Assembly: GCA_951406725.2 (NCBI GenBank)
Contig: OX597823.1
Span: 16,368,001 to 16,432,000 of the forward strand
Source of the DNA: Octopus vulgaris
Taxonomy: Eukaryota
Reading direction: 5' to 3'
Length of the DNA: 64,000 nucleotides
The number at the start of each line of letters is the position of its first letter. Positions within the stretch are counted from its first letter, which is position 1. This document shows positions 51,231-63,639 of the stretch, in pieces. The notes under the pieces are model-generated. The model saw only the letters and a program-made list of their open reading frames with translations. It was not told where the DNA came from and searched no databases. Both the position numbers and the translations under genes were made by a program.

Positions 51231-53762
51231 AAACAGAGGTTAATGGATGGCAAAATCGCGGTATTTAGTTACATCTTTTTATGCTCGGCGTCCGAATTAG
51301 GAGAAAATCGACTATGTAGATGTCAACCCGGAACTTGTGCTTATGAGAAAACTCTACCCCCAAAACTGAGCCCACCGCTTTCAAGTAAAAAATAAATAAA
51401 TAAATAAGGAGCGGAAGCAGAATAAAGGAAAATTTTGATTGGATAACGATATATGCCTTAATATATGAAGACAAATTTACGAAGATATTCTTATACAACA
51501 CTCTGTAAAATTCGTCATGAAAATGGCCATACACATGACCGAGATATTTTAGTACCAGCATAAGTAGTATGTGTGAATGCGGGAACACAAGTACCTATTT
51601 GTAAAGCCTATTGTTCAGAAATCCCAAAACCATACCTTAACTAAAACCGATAAGAATGTGATAAGAGATCTCAACCTGTATAACTCTCTACACAGAAAAG
51701 AGGAACGTGCTATACAAGGACGGACGGGTGGGCGCGCGCACACACACACGGGTGTGCTGATACGTTGTAAAGCTAAGCGCTTTCTGGACGTGAAACCCGG
51801 ATAATCCCATAGACCGGCCTTATTTATCTTTACATATTATTTATCCATATATTATATGGATGCTTATTTTTATATTCGTACTTCCTAATGCTTCTTGCAT
51901 GCGTATTAAATTTATTTTAGCTCTGCTTAGAGCATTAAGCAGTTAATCCATCACATAAACCTATATCGAGAGTTATATTAGAATAATTATGTACATGTGT
52001 GTCTTAGAAATAACAGCCAACACTCACTCAAACCACAATCTACCACATTAAAAACAACACATTGAGCAATATAGTCATAGATACAGTGTTTGGAAATAAA
52101 ATAGGGTAGTCATAGCCTGATCCAGTGGGATCAGAACTGACGAAACTCTAAACAGCTTGCCTACACTGAACCAAAGCTGAAAAAGGACCGTGTATAGAGA
52201 AAAATGCCTTGATATAATCCCACCTTCTTGATTTGTATGTCTGTAAATGAAATTTTAAAATTCTGACATAGGGCAATAAAGAAAATAGGCTTATCCTTTA
52301 TTTAGAGAAAACAGGCCGAGGATAGGCAGAGAGAGCCATGCCTTAATTTTTCCTGGTTCAATACACTTCATCTTATATTCAGTTTATGGGGTTTTTGAAA
52401 AGAAAAAAAGTTAGCGTACTGATCAAACCGGAAAACAAATATGAACAGCGATTCTTAAAGGGGGATATAAGTTTAAACGGCTAAGATCAGCGGGTGTGTA
52501 GATAAGTAGGTTGAAAGCTATGAGAGATAGTCACCTTAACCAAAACAGCACAGGACAACACAAATTAAGTTCAAATCACACGTCCCGGAAATCAAGTTTT
52601 CAAACGAGATTCGATTACCCTCATATCACTGTATGTATACGACTAATGTCTGTAGGTAAAGTATGAACGGGGCATAAAATTCGACGATTAAAATCGTTTT
52701 TCCACTGTTTTTACAAATGGGTACACATAAAATTTCCGCGATGAGAATTCGCAGTTTATTTGACATATGATCCGCTCGTTAGCTACTCCCAAAAGAACCC
52801 GAATATCCACAAGCAACGTTCGTTCCTATACGACTTCGCTGACAAATTCGATTAGTGTAACTTGAAAGTTTGGTTGAGTTTGACTGGAGAAAATCACAAA
52901 ATAAATACTAAACTGATGTGTAATCACAAATAAACATGTATGTACATGTGAGGAGACAATTACATATACACACACACACAAACATGTTTGTTTGTGCGTG
53001 TGTGTGTATAACACAGATAGATAGATAGATAGATTGTGTGAGAATACATATACACAGGCGAAAATATGTGTCAACATATACGGCGAACACAATTCACTTT
53101 TTAACGAAATATCAGAATGTGCAACAGGCATTTCAGCAAGTTAAGTACATAAATTCATACACAATTATACATATGTAGCGGACACACAACTATCTATACA
53201 TACATCCATGCATACATACATGACGACCGTTTATTTACATGATTTTTCCTTTTTTGTTTTTTTTTGTAAACTTATCAATTATAAATAAACTTTACATATA
53301 TAATTTACCAAGTAGGTGTGTTACAAAAAAATTACCGGTAATTAGCAACGAGCTTAGAATTTTTAAATGTCATTAGTTTTTTTGTTTTTTTTTTTGCTGA
53401 CTGAAATTTTAAGTTTCACTAAAACTTGTGTTCGAGTAGAGGTTTCATGTAAGTGATTGTAAAACTTGTTTTTCATAGGCTTATCAAGATGTTGGATATT
53501 CTTTATATTTCACTATAAAAATACTTTCTAAAAACGAGTTCCAAATGGAATTATAGGGAACCTAAATGAATGGGGCGGGGAACATTTTCTTTAATACGTT
53601 AATAATTTGAAATATCATAATGGTCATAAATCAATCAAAAATATTAAATTTTCTGAACTCTAAGTGGGATTAGGTCTGTCCTTGAATTTAGCAGCTCAGC
53701 ACACCTCTAAGAAAACTTTAAAGTAAAGGACCGTGTAATAATAAAGTTAAATTTATATTTAC

Positions 53763-54689
53763 CTGTTCCTTAGCGTATTGAAACCAGGTGTCTAAGAGAA
53801 TCTTCAGTCGACTTTCGTGGAATTTTTCCGTTGTTTTAACACTAATAAAAATATCGTTTAAAGTTGTAGGTCTAGTGTTTAGATTAAACCGAAGTGCCGA
53901 AACCTTAGATTGCGATGTAGTTAAACTTGAAGATGATAATGATGATGATGATGACTGTAGTCTTTTCAACAGCGAACTGCTTTTACTGTTGGATTGTCCC
54001 GGGTCTGGCACTTTCAAAATTGTTTTGAGTTTACTGGGGTATAATTTCTCCTTGAATACACTCTGATTATCAACTTTAGATTTCTCGCCACTGCTGCCGG
54101 ATTTTGGGCTTCCAACTTTCCGTTGCTGAACAGGTTCTAAATTAGTTCCTTGGTTTGGATGCTTCCCAGACAAAATTGCAACAAGTGGGGATTCAATGTA
54201 AATTACGTTGGCATTTCGACGTTTTCTTTTAGTCTGAAGATCTAAAAGAGAGCGCGTGTCTCCGGAATCAACAGGTTGATTAAATCTCCAAAAGTTTTTC
54301 ACTTGTACTTGGTCTGCGCCTTTATTTTCCGCATTATCAATTTCTAACAGGCGACTGGCCACGATTATAACATTTTCTTGTAGAACATGTTGGCTGTTAG
54401 GTTGCACATCGTAATCAACTAAAATCTTCTTCCCAACGTTGTTCGATGCTGATTTTTTAAACTTATGGTCAGCATTCAACAGGTCCTGCTTCGGTGGAAT
54501 TTTTGGCCATTTCGGCATAAAATAATCGAAATATACAAAATTCAAGAAAAGAAAACAAGCAACATAAATAATTGTCTGTACCGATTTTAGCAAGGTGATG
54601 CGCATGGCCACCCTCTTTTGATTGTCTCGACAACCTGCATTTGAAGACGAATCGTCAAGTTGATGAAAATAACAACACAGCCGAGACAT
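53763..54689 (-). CDS. fng: Fringe-family glycosyltransferase, coding exon 1 (cytoplasmic tail, TM anchor, long stem, start of catalytic domain)
   Basis: ORF ends in PTTLNDIFISVKTTEKFHESRLKILLDTWFQYAKEQ, matching the Fringe motif D(I/V)FI(S/A)VKTT..H..RL.....TW. Hydrophobic segment TIIYVACFLFLNFVYFDYF fits a type II Golgi anchor. Donor CAG|GTAAAT at 53763/53762, phase 0 (927 nt from 54689), the position of the first intron in vertebrate Lfng. The true start may be the second ATG at 54605 (GCCATG context). Confidence 0.93.
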
Positions 54690-55297
54690 ATAAGCGGATG
54701 AAATGTGCGGGCGTATGTGTGTCGATATGTGTGATCAAGTTGAAGGTGTGGGATAATCACTAAATGTTAGAGTTTTGTTGTCATAACATAGCAGGAAATA
54801 AAAAAAGTTTTCCTTCCCTCTTTCTGCTTCTCATCAATATACACATAACAGAGTTTCTCGTTCCCCCCTCTCCTGAAAAAGTATCGTATCACTTAAAAGG
54901 AAACCATGGGAAAATGACCAGTCAATATAACCTCAACCAACCAGCGGAGGTCACGGGTCAAAGTTTGCTGCGCATGCTCAGTGCGGTGAAACCAAACACG
55001 CCAAGCAAGCGTGTTGTCAGCGGATAATGTTTACGTTATTTCAACTTGATGTTTTCCCAGGTTTTCATACATTACGACTACAATATGTTAGATATATGAA
55101 CAGTTATCGTGTGTCGTTCATATGAAGAAGTACACGAATGTCGTCTGCAAAACCATTAATAATAAAAATGTGAGAAATATCGAAGGTGGAGTCCTCTTCA
55201 ACTGATAGGCCTTCCTACCTCTCTTTCTCTATTTTCCCACACAAATACATCCCCTTTAGCTTACAGTTTTCCTTTACTTTTGTTTATTTGTATGTCT

Positions 55298-55329
<32 letters not shown>

Positions 55330-55600
55330 CCTCTCTCTCTCGCACATACACACCGATCTCTTCACTCTGACACTCACACAAACTCATCTCCCTGTCACTT
55401 CCTATATTCATCTGTCACACCTTGTCTCTCGCTTTCACCATCTGTGTTTTCTTGTTGCCTCCAACATCCTTATAGTCTCTCTATTTTCTATTCTCTCTGT
55501 CACGCTTTCTTTCAACCTATCTCTTCGTTTCTTTCTCACGTTTTTGTCACTTTCCAACTATTTACGCTACGCCGCCCTCTTTTTCTGTTTCTGTTTCACT
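54690..55600 (-). promoter_or_regulatory. Putative fringe 5' UTR / proximal promoter with CSL/Su(H) consensus sites
   Basis: CpG-containing sequence without recognisable transposons immediately upstream of the ATG. YGTGRGAA matches at 55169-55176 (TGTGAGAA), 55234-55241 (TTCCCACA) and 55533-55540 (TTCTCACG). TSS not determinable. Confidence 0.45.
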
Positions 55601-57431
55601 GGGGAAAGCAACTAGGAAATATTTTATTAGCTTAATTAATATGCTTTTATTTATATCATTTCATTCTTCTCATCTGGTTTTTTTTTGTTCGTGTTTTTTG
55701 TTTTTACATATTATCAGTATTATTATTCATAATGAAAACATATTCATTTATCACATTGATAACGGAGTTTATGTATCTTATCTTGTCAAGGGAACGAAGC
55801 TCTCAAAAAGAAAAAAAAAACGGTATTCCCACTGCTACATCAATGTTCGAGCTTGTATATATAAAACCATTCTTTACGGTCATTTAAATTCACTGAATCA
55901 ACTGTGGAACGTACAGTCTGGGAATTTTATAAGTGCTTTGCTCCTGTTTTATCTATGGGAAGTATTTGATCAAGTAATAAAGTTCTCGGCATATTATGCA
56001 GAACTTTTATACGATTAACAATAAAAAGAATTAAATGGGTGATAAAATATAAAGATTTATAACTTGGGCGCCAGGCAATTTTAGGGGAGCGGGTAGTCTA
56101 TATATAAAAGCGGTACCAGTACTTGACAGGTACTTACTCAATTGATCCCACCGATCGATAGAGTAAAGCAAAGTCGGTATCGGTAGGATTCATATTCAAA
56201 GAATAATGTAACTAAATACCACAAGGTATTTTGTCCAACACTCTATTGATTCTGCTACTCACAGCCCTTAAGACATCCGCCATCGTCCATACACATGACA
56301 GAGAAATAGCAAATATTCTACGAAAATGCAACGAATTTAATAAATTCCAAATCGATTTGGAGAAGAAAAAGAGCCCTTGCGACCACTAGCGTAACTCGAG
56401 TATGTGCCCTTCCGTTTGCCACCCCCGGACCCCACAAAGAACACAGTGCCTACAACAGGTTGAAAAGTGCCGCCCGAGATGGACCGCCACCCTCACCCCC
56501 AGTGCTTGTGATACTCAGAAATAATTTGTCCACATGAAACTGGTTTTGCCCTTGTCATCTCAACTCAGGCATTCCAATCCTACTCGTCTCTCATCTCTCT
56601 CGTGTTCACCTACCCAACATCAGGTCCCGCAGTAATCAATAACTGCAACCAATTCTTCCTTCCCAAGATACCTACCTTCTGAATTCCCTTCCTTGTTCAT
56701 CTTTCCCGCACGTGTAGAGTTTTCGGAAACAATAATGGTTTCTAACATAGGTACGAGACCACAGCTTTTAAGGAAGCGGGTGTAGTCGGTTCGATTGACC
56801 CTGTATTTGGTCATAATTAACACCGGTGAAATTTGAACCAAATATTCAAAGTGGTATAATTACAATACTGTTTTAAGGCATGAGCACACTAGCCTGAAGG
56901 CCTCATGGGTCTTGGAGCCCGATTGTGATCTAAATATACGGTGGCTTGCCGTTAATAAAAGAATACTCTAGGGCATAGTGCATTGATTTGCCCGGAGCTT
57001 GTAATGCTAAGACGGCCCTGTGTAGTATAACATTTTGGCCTACGCTCATTGAACTTACCATCATCTGTTGTTACTTAAACTGTAGAATACGTGCTGTCTG
57101 TGGTACATTAGACATTCTTTCGTTTTCTGATCACAGAATGAAAGTGGAAAATTATTGTAAGCAATTGGCATTAAAAAAATTGAAATTTTGAGAAAAGAAT
57201 TTTTTTTTTGTCAGAATTATAATCTCAATACTTTTTTAATGTATAACTCTAAGACTTTATTTTATTGATTCCGATAAGATGAAAAGCAAATAAGTTAAAA
57301 ACAAAAGAACTGTAGAGAGAAAAAAGTAAATATTTGAAATGCTTTTGCTTGATGGGGGAGGGGGAATTGAAATATCTGTTGAATCCTGATAATATTTTGT
57401 AAAAAAAGAAAAGAAAAGCAATAATAATAGA

Positions 57432-57716
57432 TAGGGCCGGGCCTAGGGTTGCTGGCGCCCCGGGCAAGCTGAGCTTCGGCGTGTACAAGCTGACAGTCGT
57501 GGGAATTTCCTTGTCTCTGTCACGCCCTCCTTGACGCCACCTAGCACTTGGTGCCCCGGGCGCGCCGAGGTCGACTTTGCCTTTCATCCTTTCGGGGTCG
57601 ATAAATTAAGTACCAGTCGATATAATCGACTTAATCGGTTTGTCTGTCCTTGTTTGTCCTCTCTATGTTTAGCCCCTTGTGGGTAGTAAAGAAATAGGTA
57701 CCTTGAGCCGGCCTTA
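57432..57716. mobile_element. GC-rich hAT-type MITE with nested family B SINE fragment (about 57563-57700)
   Basis: Ends TAGGGCCGG / CCGGCCTTA, TSD ATAATAGA/GTAATAGA. Confidence 0.7.
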
Positions 57717-59067
57717 GTAATAGATCAAGGAGGGTTGCCTATTCGATTCGCTCCTCTGAAGATTGCTGAATAATATCAATATTTCGACTTTCATTTTTCT
57801 GATTATGAAATGAAAGAATACGCTACATTTAAATCAATGTGATTTCTATGATGCAGAAAGGGTTTCGAATTCCGACAGGGCCGGTTTTAGCCAGTCAAAT
57901 AATACTTGATCTAATCAACGATACTCTCTTCTCCCAAATCTAAGTTTAATAATTATGTAAGAAATCATTATGGCTTAAGTACCGCTAATTTTGAATAGTT
58001 TAGTTTGCTTTGTTCATATCTAAAAAATGCTTTTTGTGCAAAGTAACTTAGATTTCTAATATATCTTTCAGTATCTCTGTTATTCTGCTTAACACTGTAA
58101 GGAAAGCAACTCCGTTCTTTTTTCGTTACGACATGCTAAATTATTTAAATAGTTGAGTTAACGTTAACTTATTCTACGAAGTAAGCATAAAAATTCCAAT
58201 TAGAAAAATTTATCTCGGTGGTTTTAATAAACGTGCTAGTTTATTTCCACTTTGCGGATATTTACACTTATTCATATTTACTATGTAATGCAGCTATACA
58301 GAGGAATGCCTGTGTGTAGCCCTTACATTTTGGATATCAGATCGTGAACAATTACGTTATGAATCATTGTTTGGCCACTAAACTAACAACTGTTTAATTT
58401 TTAGGAAATTACTTATTTCTCGATTTAATTAAAGTGTACGAATACACATGCGTGTGCATGCGATTTGCTAGTTACCTTAGCGCACGAAACATGTGCCTTT
58501 ATAATTTACATCTCAAACTGCATTCCTTAACCATTTAGTTCTTTTGTTTTGCTTATATCCGGGTAAAACCATTTTAAAGGATCCGTCTCCAGTTGTCACT
58601 AACGCTGTCTCTGATTAAAAATAATAACTCAACTAAATTGTAAGTAAATATCACGCAATAGTAGAGTTAATCGCTGTTATCACCAGAATTATTCTCTACG
58701 TGTCTAGACTCAATCACCTAACGCAAGAGGTTAAAATTAAATTTCGCGCAAATTTGAAGACAGCGATTAATCACTCCAGAGTATCGTCCCTTGAATTCTA
58801 ATATCAAATACGCGCATTCAGTTGTGAATAAAATGACATAATTAGTACGATATTTGTTGTTTAGCCAAAGTTTGCTATGATCCACCAAAGTTGTGATCTC
58901 AGGCATCCAAGCCGTGACTATTCCATCTTTTTTTGTTGGATTACATTACCGTATCTGTAATATGATAGAGATTCGGCAGCATGTCGAGTGTGGCTAGGTA
59001 GAGGGTCCCTCTGCCCTGGTAATATGAAATACAATTAGCTCAACCTTATATATATATATATATATAT

Positions 59068-59106
<39 letters not shown>

Positions 59107-59699
59107 TGATAGGTAGCTCTACCCATCAATCGATGATTAGTCTTAATAATGTCTGTTATGATGGAGGACCGTGGAATTTGTAACATATATGCTTTTTCAA
59201 ATACATTCGCAGACTAAGTGAAAAGGATAGGACTAAGAATGGAACCAGGCTCGCTTTTACTCTACTTGATTGATCTTATTTCCAGTGGAAGCGGGTCTGA
59301 AGAAATTATGGACATTGCCTTTCATCAGGCCTGGAAATATGTTATACATAGGTGTGTAACTTTGGCACAAAACAGATGCCTGATAAACAGGTATAATCAA
59401 TGTATTTAATCGATAGTAGTACTTCATCAGTACAATAAAACACTGTAGATTTGAATTCGTGAATTGGTAGACGCTTCACCTCACTAACAAATGAAGATTC
59501 TCTGAGAAATAGCAGAACCCGATAAAACTAATGACTGTTTATTATGATAGTTTTCAGAGACTGGTGGGAAGAAGTTATACTAGAGACTTGGCGCAAATAC
59601 TTGTGACAGAAGAGAATAATGCTAAAGGAAGCCAAGAGTCAGGTGGTGGTCAGCTTCGGCAGACGATTAGTATAAAAATTCACAAAGTGAAATAATTGA

Positions 59700-60078
59700 T
59701 TTTGCCATAAAAAAAGTCTGTTTCTAGATAGCTCTCCGGCTATCTATCTGAGGTTTTATATAGCTATGGTGCGACCTCACCTGGAATTTGCATCACCGGT
59801 CTGGAACCCCTACCTTACCCAGGATATTAATCGTCTGGAAACCGTTCAGCGACGTGGCACCAAGAGAATACCTGCCATAGGCATTTACCATATTCTGAAC
59901 GCCTTACTTCCCTGGGCATGGATACATTGAAACTCCGGCGTCTGGCAGACACTCATAAAATTATTAACCAGCTTACTAACAATAACACTGAGCACCTTTT
60001 CAAAGTCCACCTGCCTAACACCCGTGGACATGTTTACAAAGTCAGAAAACAGCACAGCTCCCATGACTTTCGGAAACA
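59700..60078 (+). mobile_element. CR1-clade LINE ORF2 C-terminal fragment
   Basis: YLRFYIAMVRPHLEFASPVWNPYLTQDINRLETVQRRGTKRIP...PYSERLTSLGMDTLKLRRL...NTRGHVYKV, the CR1 VRPHLEY..WSP..LE.VQRRATK..TRGH pattern; frameshifted. Confidence 0.88.
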
Positions 60079-60126
60079 ACCTCAGTCACTCAATGCGGCC
60101 CTTAAATTCAGAACATATATGTACCG

Positions 60127-60417
60127 GGTGGAGGTACATGACCTAGTGGTTAGAGCCGCAGACTCGCGGGTTCGAATCTCAGATTAGGCGATGTGTGTAT
60201 TTATGAGTGAAACACCTAAGCTCCACGTGGCTCCGGCAGAAGATAATGGCGAACTTCTACTGACTCTTTCACCACAACTTTCTCTCACTCTTTCCTCCTG
60301 CATCTTGCAGCTCACCTGCGACAGGCCGGCGTCCCGTCCAGGTGGGGAACCTATATATCAAGGAAACCGGGAAACCGACGATATGAGACAAGTATGGCTT
60401 GAGAAGGAACAAACAAA
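60127..60417 (+). mobile_element. tRNA-derived SINE (possibly Octopus OR-type)
   Basis: TGACCTAGTGGTTAG A box, GGTTCGAATC B box, CCTGCGACAGGCCGGCGTCCCGTCCAGG domain, AACA tail. Confidence 0.65.
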
Positions 60418-60715
60418 TATATACTGGATTTGTTGAGTATATAAATAGTTTGGCTGCTTATTTCTCTGGAATTAGTCAAATGATGTAAAAACCTCTGATG
60501 AGAATCCATTGAGGTTCGAAATTCGCTTTTTCGTTTTCTTTTTCTTTTCTTTTTTTTTTCAATTTACAAAGAAATAGTTGAATTTGGCATGTTTGTAATT
60601 CCACTGTGTAGAGTTACATATATAATATCGATTTACTTTAACTTTGTTCCAAGACAACTTTGGAGAGGGGTCTACATAGACTACAACATAAATTTTAGTA
60701 TTACTATAATGATAT

Positions 60716-61040
60716 TGTGGAAGCGCAATGGCCCCGTGGTTAGGGCAACGGACTCGCGGTCGTGGGATCGATTCCCAGACCGGGCGTTGTAAGTGATTAT
60801 TGAGCGAAAACGAGACTTCGGCAGGGTGTGGTGGCGAACCCTACTGTACTCTTTCACCACAACTTTCACTTTCTTCCTGTTTTTGTTGTACCTGTATTTC
60901 AAAGGGCCAGCCTTGTTACACTGTGTCACGCTGAATCTCCCCGAGAACTACGTTAATGGTACACGTTAATTTCACGAGCAGGCTGTTCCGTTGATCGGAT
61001 CAACTGGAACACTCGTCGTCGTAACCGACGGAGTGCCACG
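60716..61040 (+). mobile_element. tRNA-derived SINE (possibly Octopus OR-type)
   Basis: Head TGGCCCCGTGGTTAGGGCAACGGACTCGCGGTCG...ATCGATTCCC shared with the previous element, but a different 3' body. Confidence 0.65.
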
Positions 61041-61259
61041 ACTTCCAATGATATTAGAAGTAATTAATGATAGTTCTTATAACCCTTCTTGCAAAAAAAT
61101 GTAGTCTTTAGCTAAATGAAAACAATAATTTATATGCAATATATTCGCTGTGATTTTAAGTACCATTTAGTGGCATTTATTCGAACCAAGAAAGACGACT
61201 ACATAGTTTTTCCATCAATTAGAAACAGTCACTAATTTATTTAAAGTTATATAATATAA

Positions 61260-61650
61260 TGGCTGTGTGGTAAGTAGCTTGCTTACCAACCACATACTTT
61301 TGGGTTCAGTCCCACTGTGTGGTACCTTGGGAAAGTGTCTTCTACTATAGCCTCGGGCCGATCAAAACCTTATGAGTGGATTTGGTAGACGGAAACTGAA
61401 AGAAGCCCCTCGTATATATGTTTATATATATGTATGTGTGTGTATATGTTTGTGTCTGTGTTTGCCCCCCCCCATTGCTTGACAACCGATGCTGGTGTGT
61501 TTACGTCCCCTATAACTTAGCGGTTCGGCAAATGGGGCCGATAGAATAAGTACTAGGCTTTCAAAGAATAAGTCCTGGGGTCGATTTGCTCGACTAAAGG
61601 CGGTGCTCCAGCATGGCCACAGTCAAATGACTGAAACAAGTAAAAGAGAA
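61260..61650 (+). mobile_element. SINE family A
   Basis: Near full-length copy. Confidence 0.88.
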
Positions 61651-61761
61651 TGTAATATTAGTATAATATTATATATGATACATATATAATACAAAAGAAA
61701 GAAGGGAGAAAAAAACCATCAATGCAACATGAAGTCCTTCAATTGGTTGCACACTACAAGT

Positions 61762-62490
61762 TCAGCGGAACCTAATAAAGTAAGCTAGCACGCTCGAGGT
61801 ATTACCACGAGCGATAGCGAGGCTAAGGAGTTGGAAAAACCAAGCACCCTTACGGCTATTACCTGACACCTCGGTGAGGCGAGCTACCAACGGTGACAAG
61901 AACTTTGCCGTTAATGGCCCAGTCCCTCCAAACGTATCAAACTCCACAGGTTGGAAGAGATAGTTCTCTGCTGGGTTCCGATACTCCAGAGCTTTGTTCC
62001 GTTCGGCTACGGAAGCAGTGACCTACCCATTTACCGCAGCATCCAAGATGTAGGAGGGAGCAAAGGAGTCACAGATGAGGCACCTACCTCTTACTCAGGG
62101 ACACAGGGTAAGACCGTCTGGTCTCTTCCTACAGCTCTGGATAATCCCGCCGGCTCCAGAACTGAGGGGATATTAATCCGAGCCAAAGCTTGCTTAATTA
62201 TTAGCTCGGTGTGAAGACCTGTGGGATCGAGTGCCATACCACAGCGACATCTCAGTCCCCTACAGACTTCAACTCCCGCTCTGAGTGCGATGGAGATGCG
62301 GAGCTTATCAAGACTGAGTAGACCTCCAATGTTGGCCACAGGTAGGGCATCAATCCAGTCCCCCGTGAATTTTGCACTAGCAGAAAGTAGGCGACACCTT
62401 GAAAATTGATAAGATTGATCAAGGCGAAAGTTTAAAGTGGCACCTGAACGCATATTGTCCCATACTCTCTGCTTCTGTCTATCCTCAACT
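61762..62490 (-). mobile_element. CRE-clade non-LTR retrotransposon 3' fragment (restriction-like endonuclease region)
   Basis: WIDALP....LL....LRISIALRAG...C..RCRCG..LD..GLH, EPAGL....PDGLTL (frameshifted), YLFQPVEFDTFGGTGP and FFQLLSLAIARGNTSSVL, matching the CRE terminal QR.S.A.QRGNA motif; disrupted. Confidence 0.82.
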
Positions 62491-63639
62491 GTAACAGGAA
62501 CTATAATTAGAAGCAGCAGCTAAATCTACTTCGTATTACACTTTAATTTCTTAAATCAGAAAAGAACACAATGTAGTCCTACATACTACCCACTAAAAAA
62601 AAGATAGCATTGGTCACATCCTTTCTGTACAGGCTTTTCATCATAGACCTACTCAATCAGGACTAACTGGTTAAACTATTAGGATAAGGAATTAAAACAT
62701 ACACAGAAAAAAGTAAATGCTGAAATGTTTTTAACAGGACGCATTGCAAACTCATCGCTTTACAATATTGATCGAAGCCTGCATGTTTGTTTGACTTGCA
62801 AGAAATAGTTGACAAAGCTTCCTCATATCACAAACTACCATCTTAGGAAAAAGACACATTATAGGACAATGTGGTCCTAACTATCTTCTAAAGACAGGAT
62901 AGCCATAATTGCTTTGCTTTCAACACGCGGTCTCAGATCAAATCATTTGCCATACAAGAACAAGTCCAAAATCTATAAAATGTAATTTTAGATATACTGC
63001 TTGGAAAAAATAATGACGGGATTGTCACAGTTGGATTGGTTTTGATCTTACTCAGCTATAAGTTAAAGCCAGCCTTAGCTAAACATCAACAACATAATAT
63101 TCTTATAACGGCAAATGAAGGATTTTAAAAAGAATAATAAAGACTTAAGTTACTGAAAATTGAATCTTCGGTTTTACTTATGCCACGTTTCAGAGTAAGG
63201 AGAAAATATTTGAGTGAAAGATTTAATCATACTCAACCACAGAGAAAAGTTCGAGAAGCGAGTCGAAGGAAACGACTCAACAAGGAATCGAAATCTCATC
63301 GTTATCTCGGTTTTCAGGTAATTTACCTTCCACTTTCCATGGCAAAACATATGCCGAGATAATGTAAAACTTTTTAATAGAATGAGTGATCTTTTTTTTT
63401 ATGGTTTAGTCAAAGTAGTGGAGCTCCGTAAGCGATTTAGTGTTTGACTCGACACTCTTCTGGCAGCTCCTGCAACCAAGCTGGTGTCGAACGTAATGCT
63501 CTGCATTCCTTTGGACTATGTTAGCAAGGTCGAGAGAGGATTCCAGACGATTAGGCTACCCAGGATTTTCTTACATCTAGCCAAGGCCTGCGCAAAACTG
63601 GAGAGGACATGAAATGTAAAAACCAGACTGGATTAGTTT

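Larger units (their letters stand above)
7132..53762 (-). other. fng: Fringe intron 1 (46,631 nt, GT-AG, phase 0)
   Basis: Bounded by GTAAAT donor and tttatag acceptor; the exon 1-2 junction gives a contiguous Fringe peptide. Confidence 0.88.

Noticed and set aside
53718-53762. VNINLTLLLHGPLL* C-terminus of the 323-aa ORF
   Set aside because: Read-through into intron 1 past the GTAAAT donor.
59150-59500. Possible reverse transcriptase relic on the minus strand (PGSILSPILF)
   Set aside because: Only one degenerate motif is recognisable; too weak to call.
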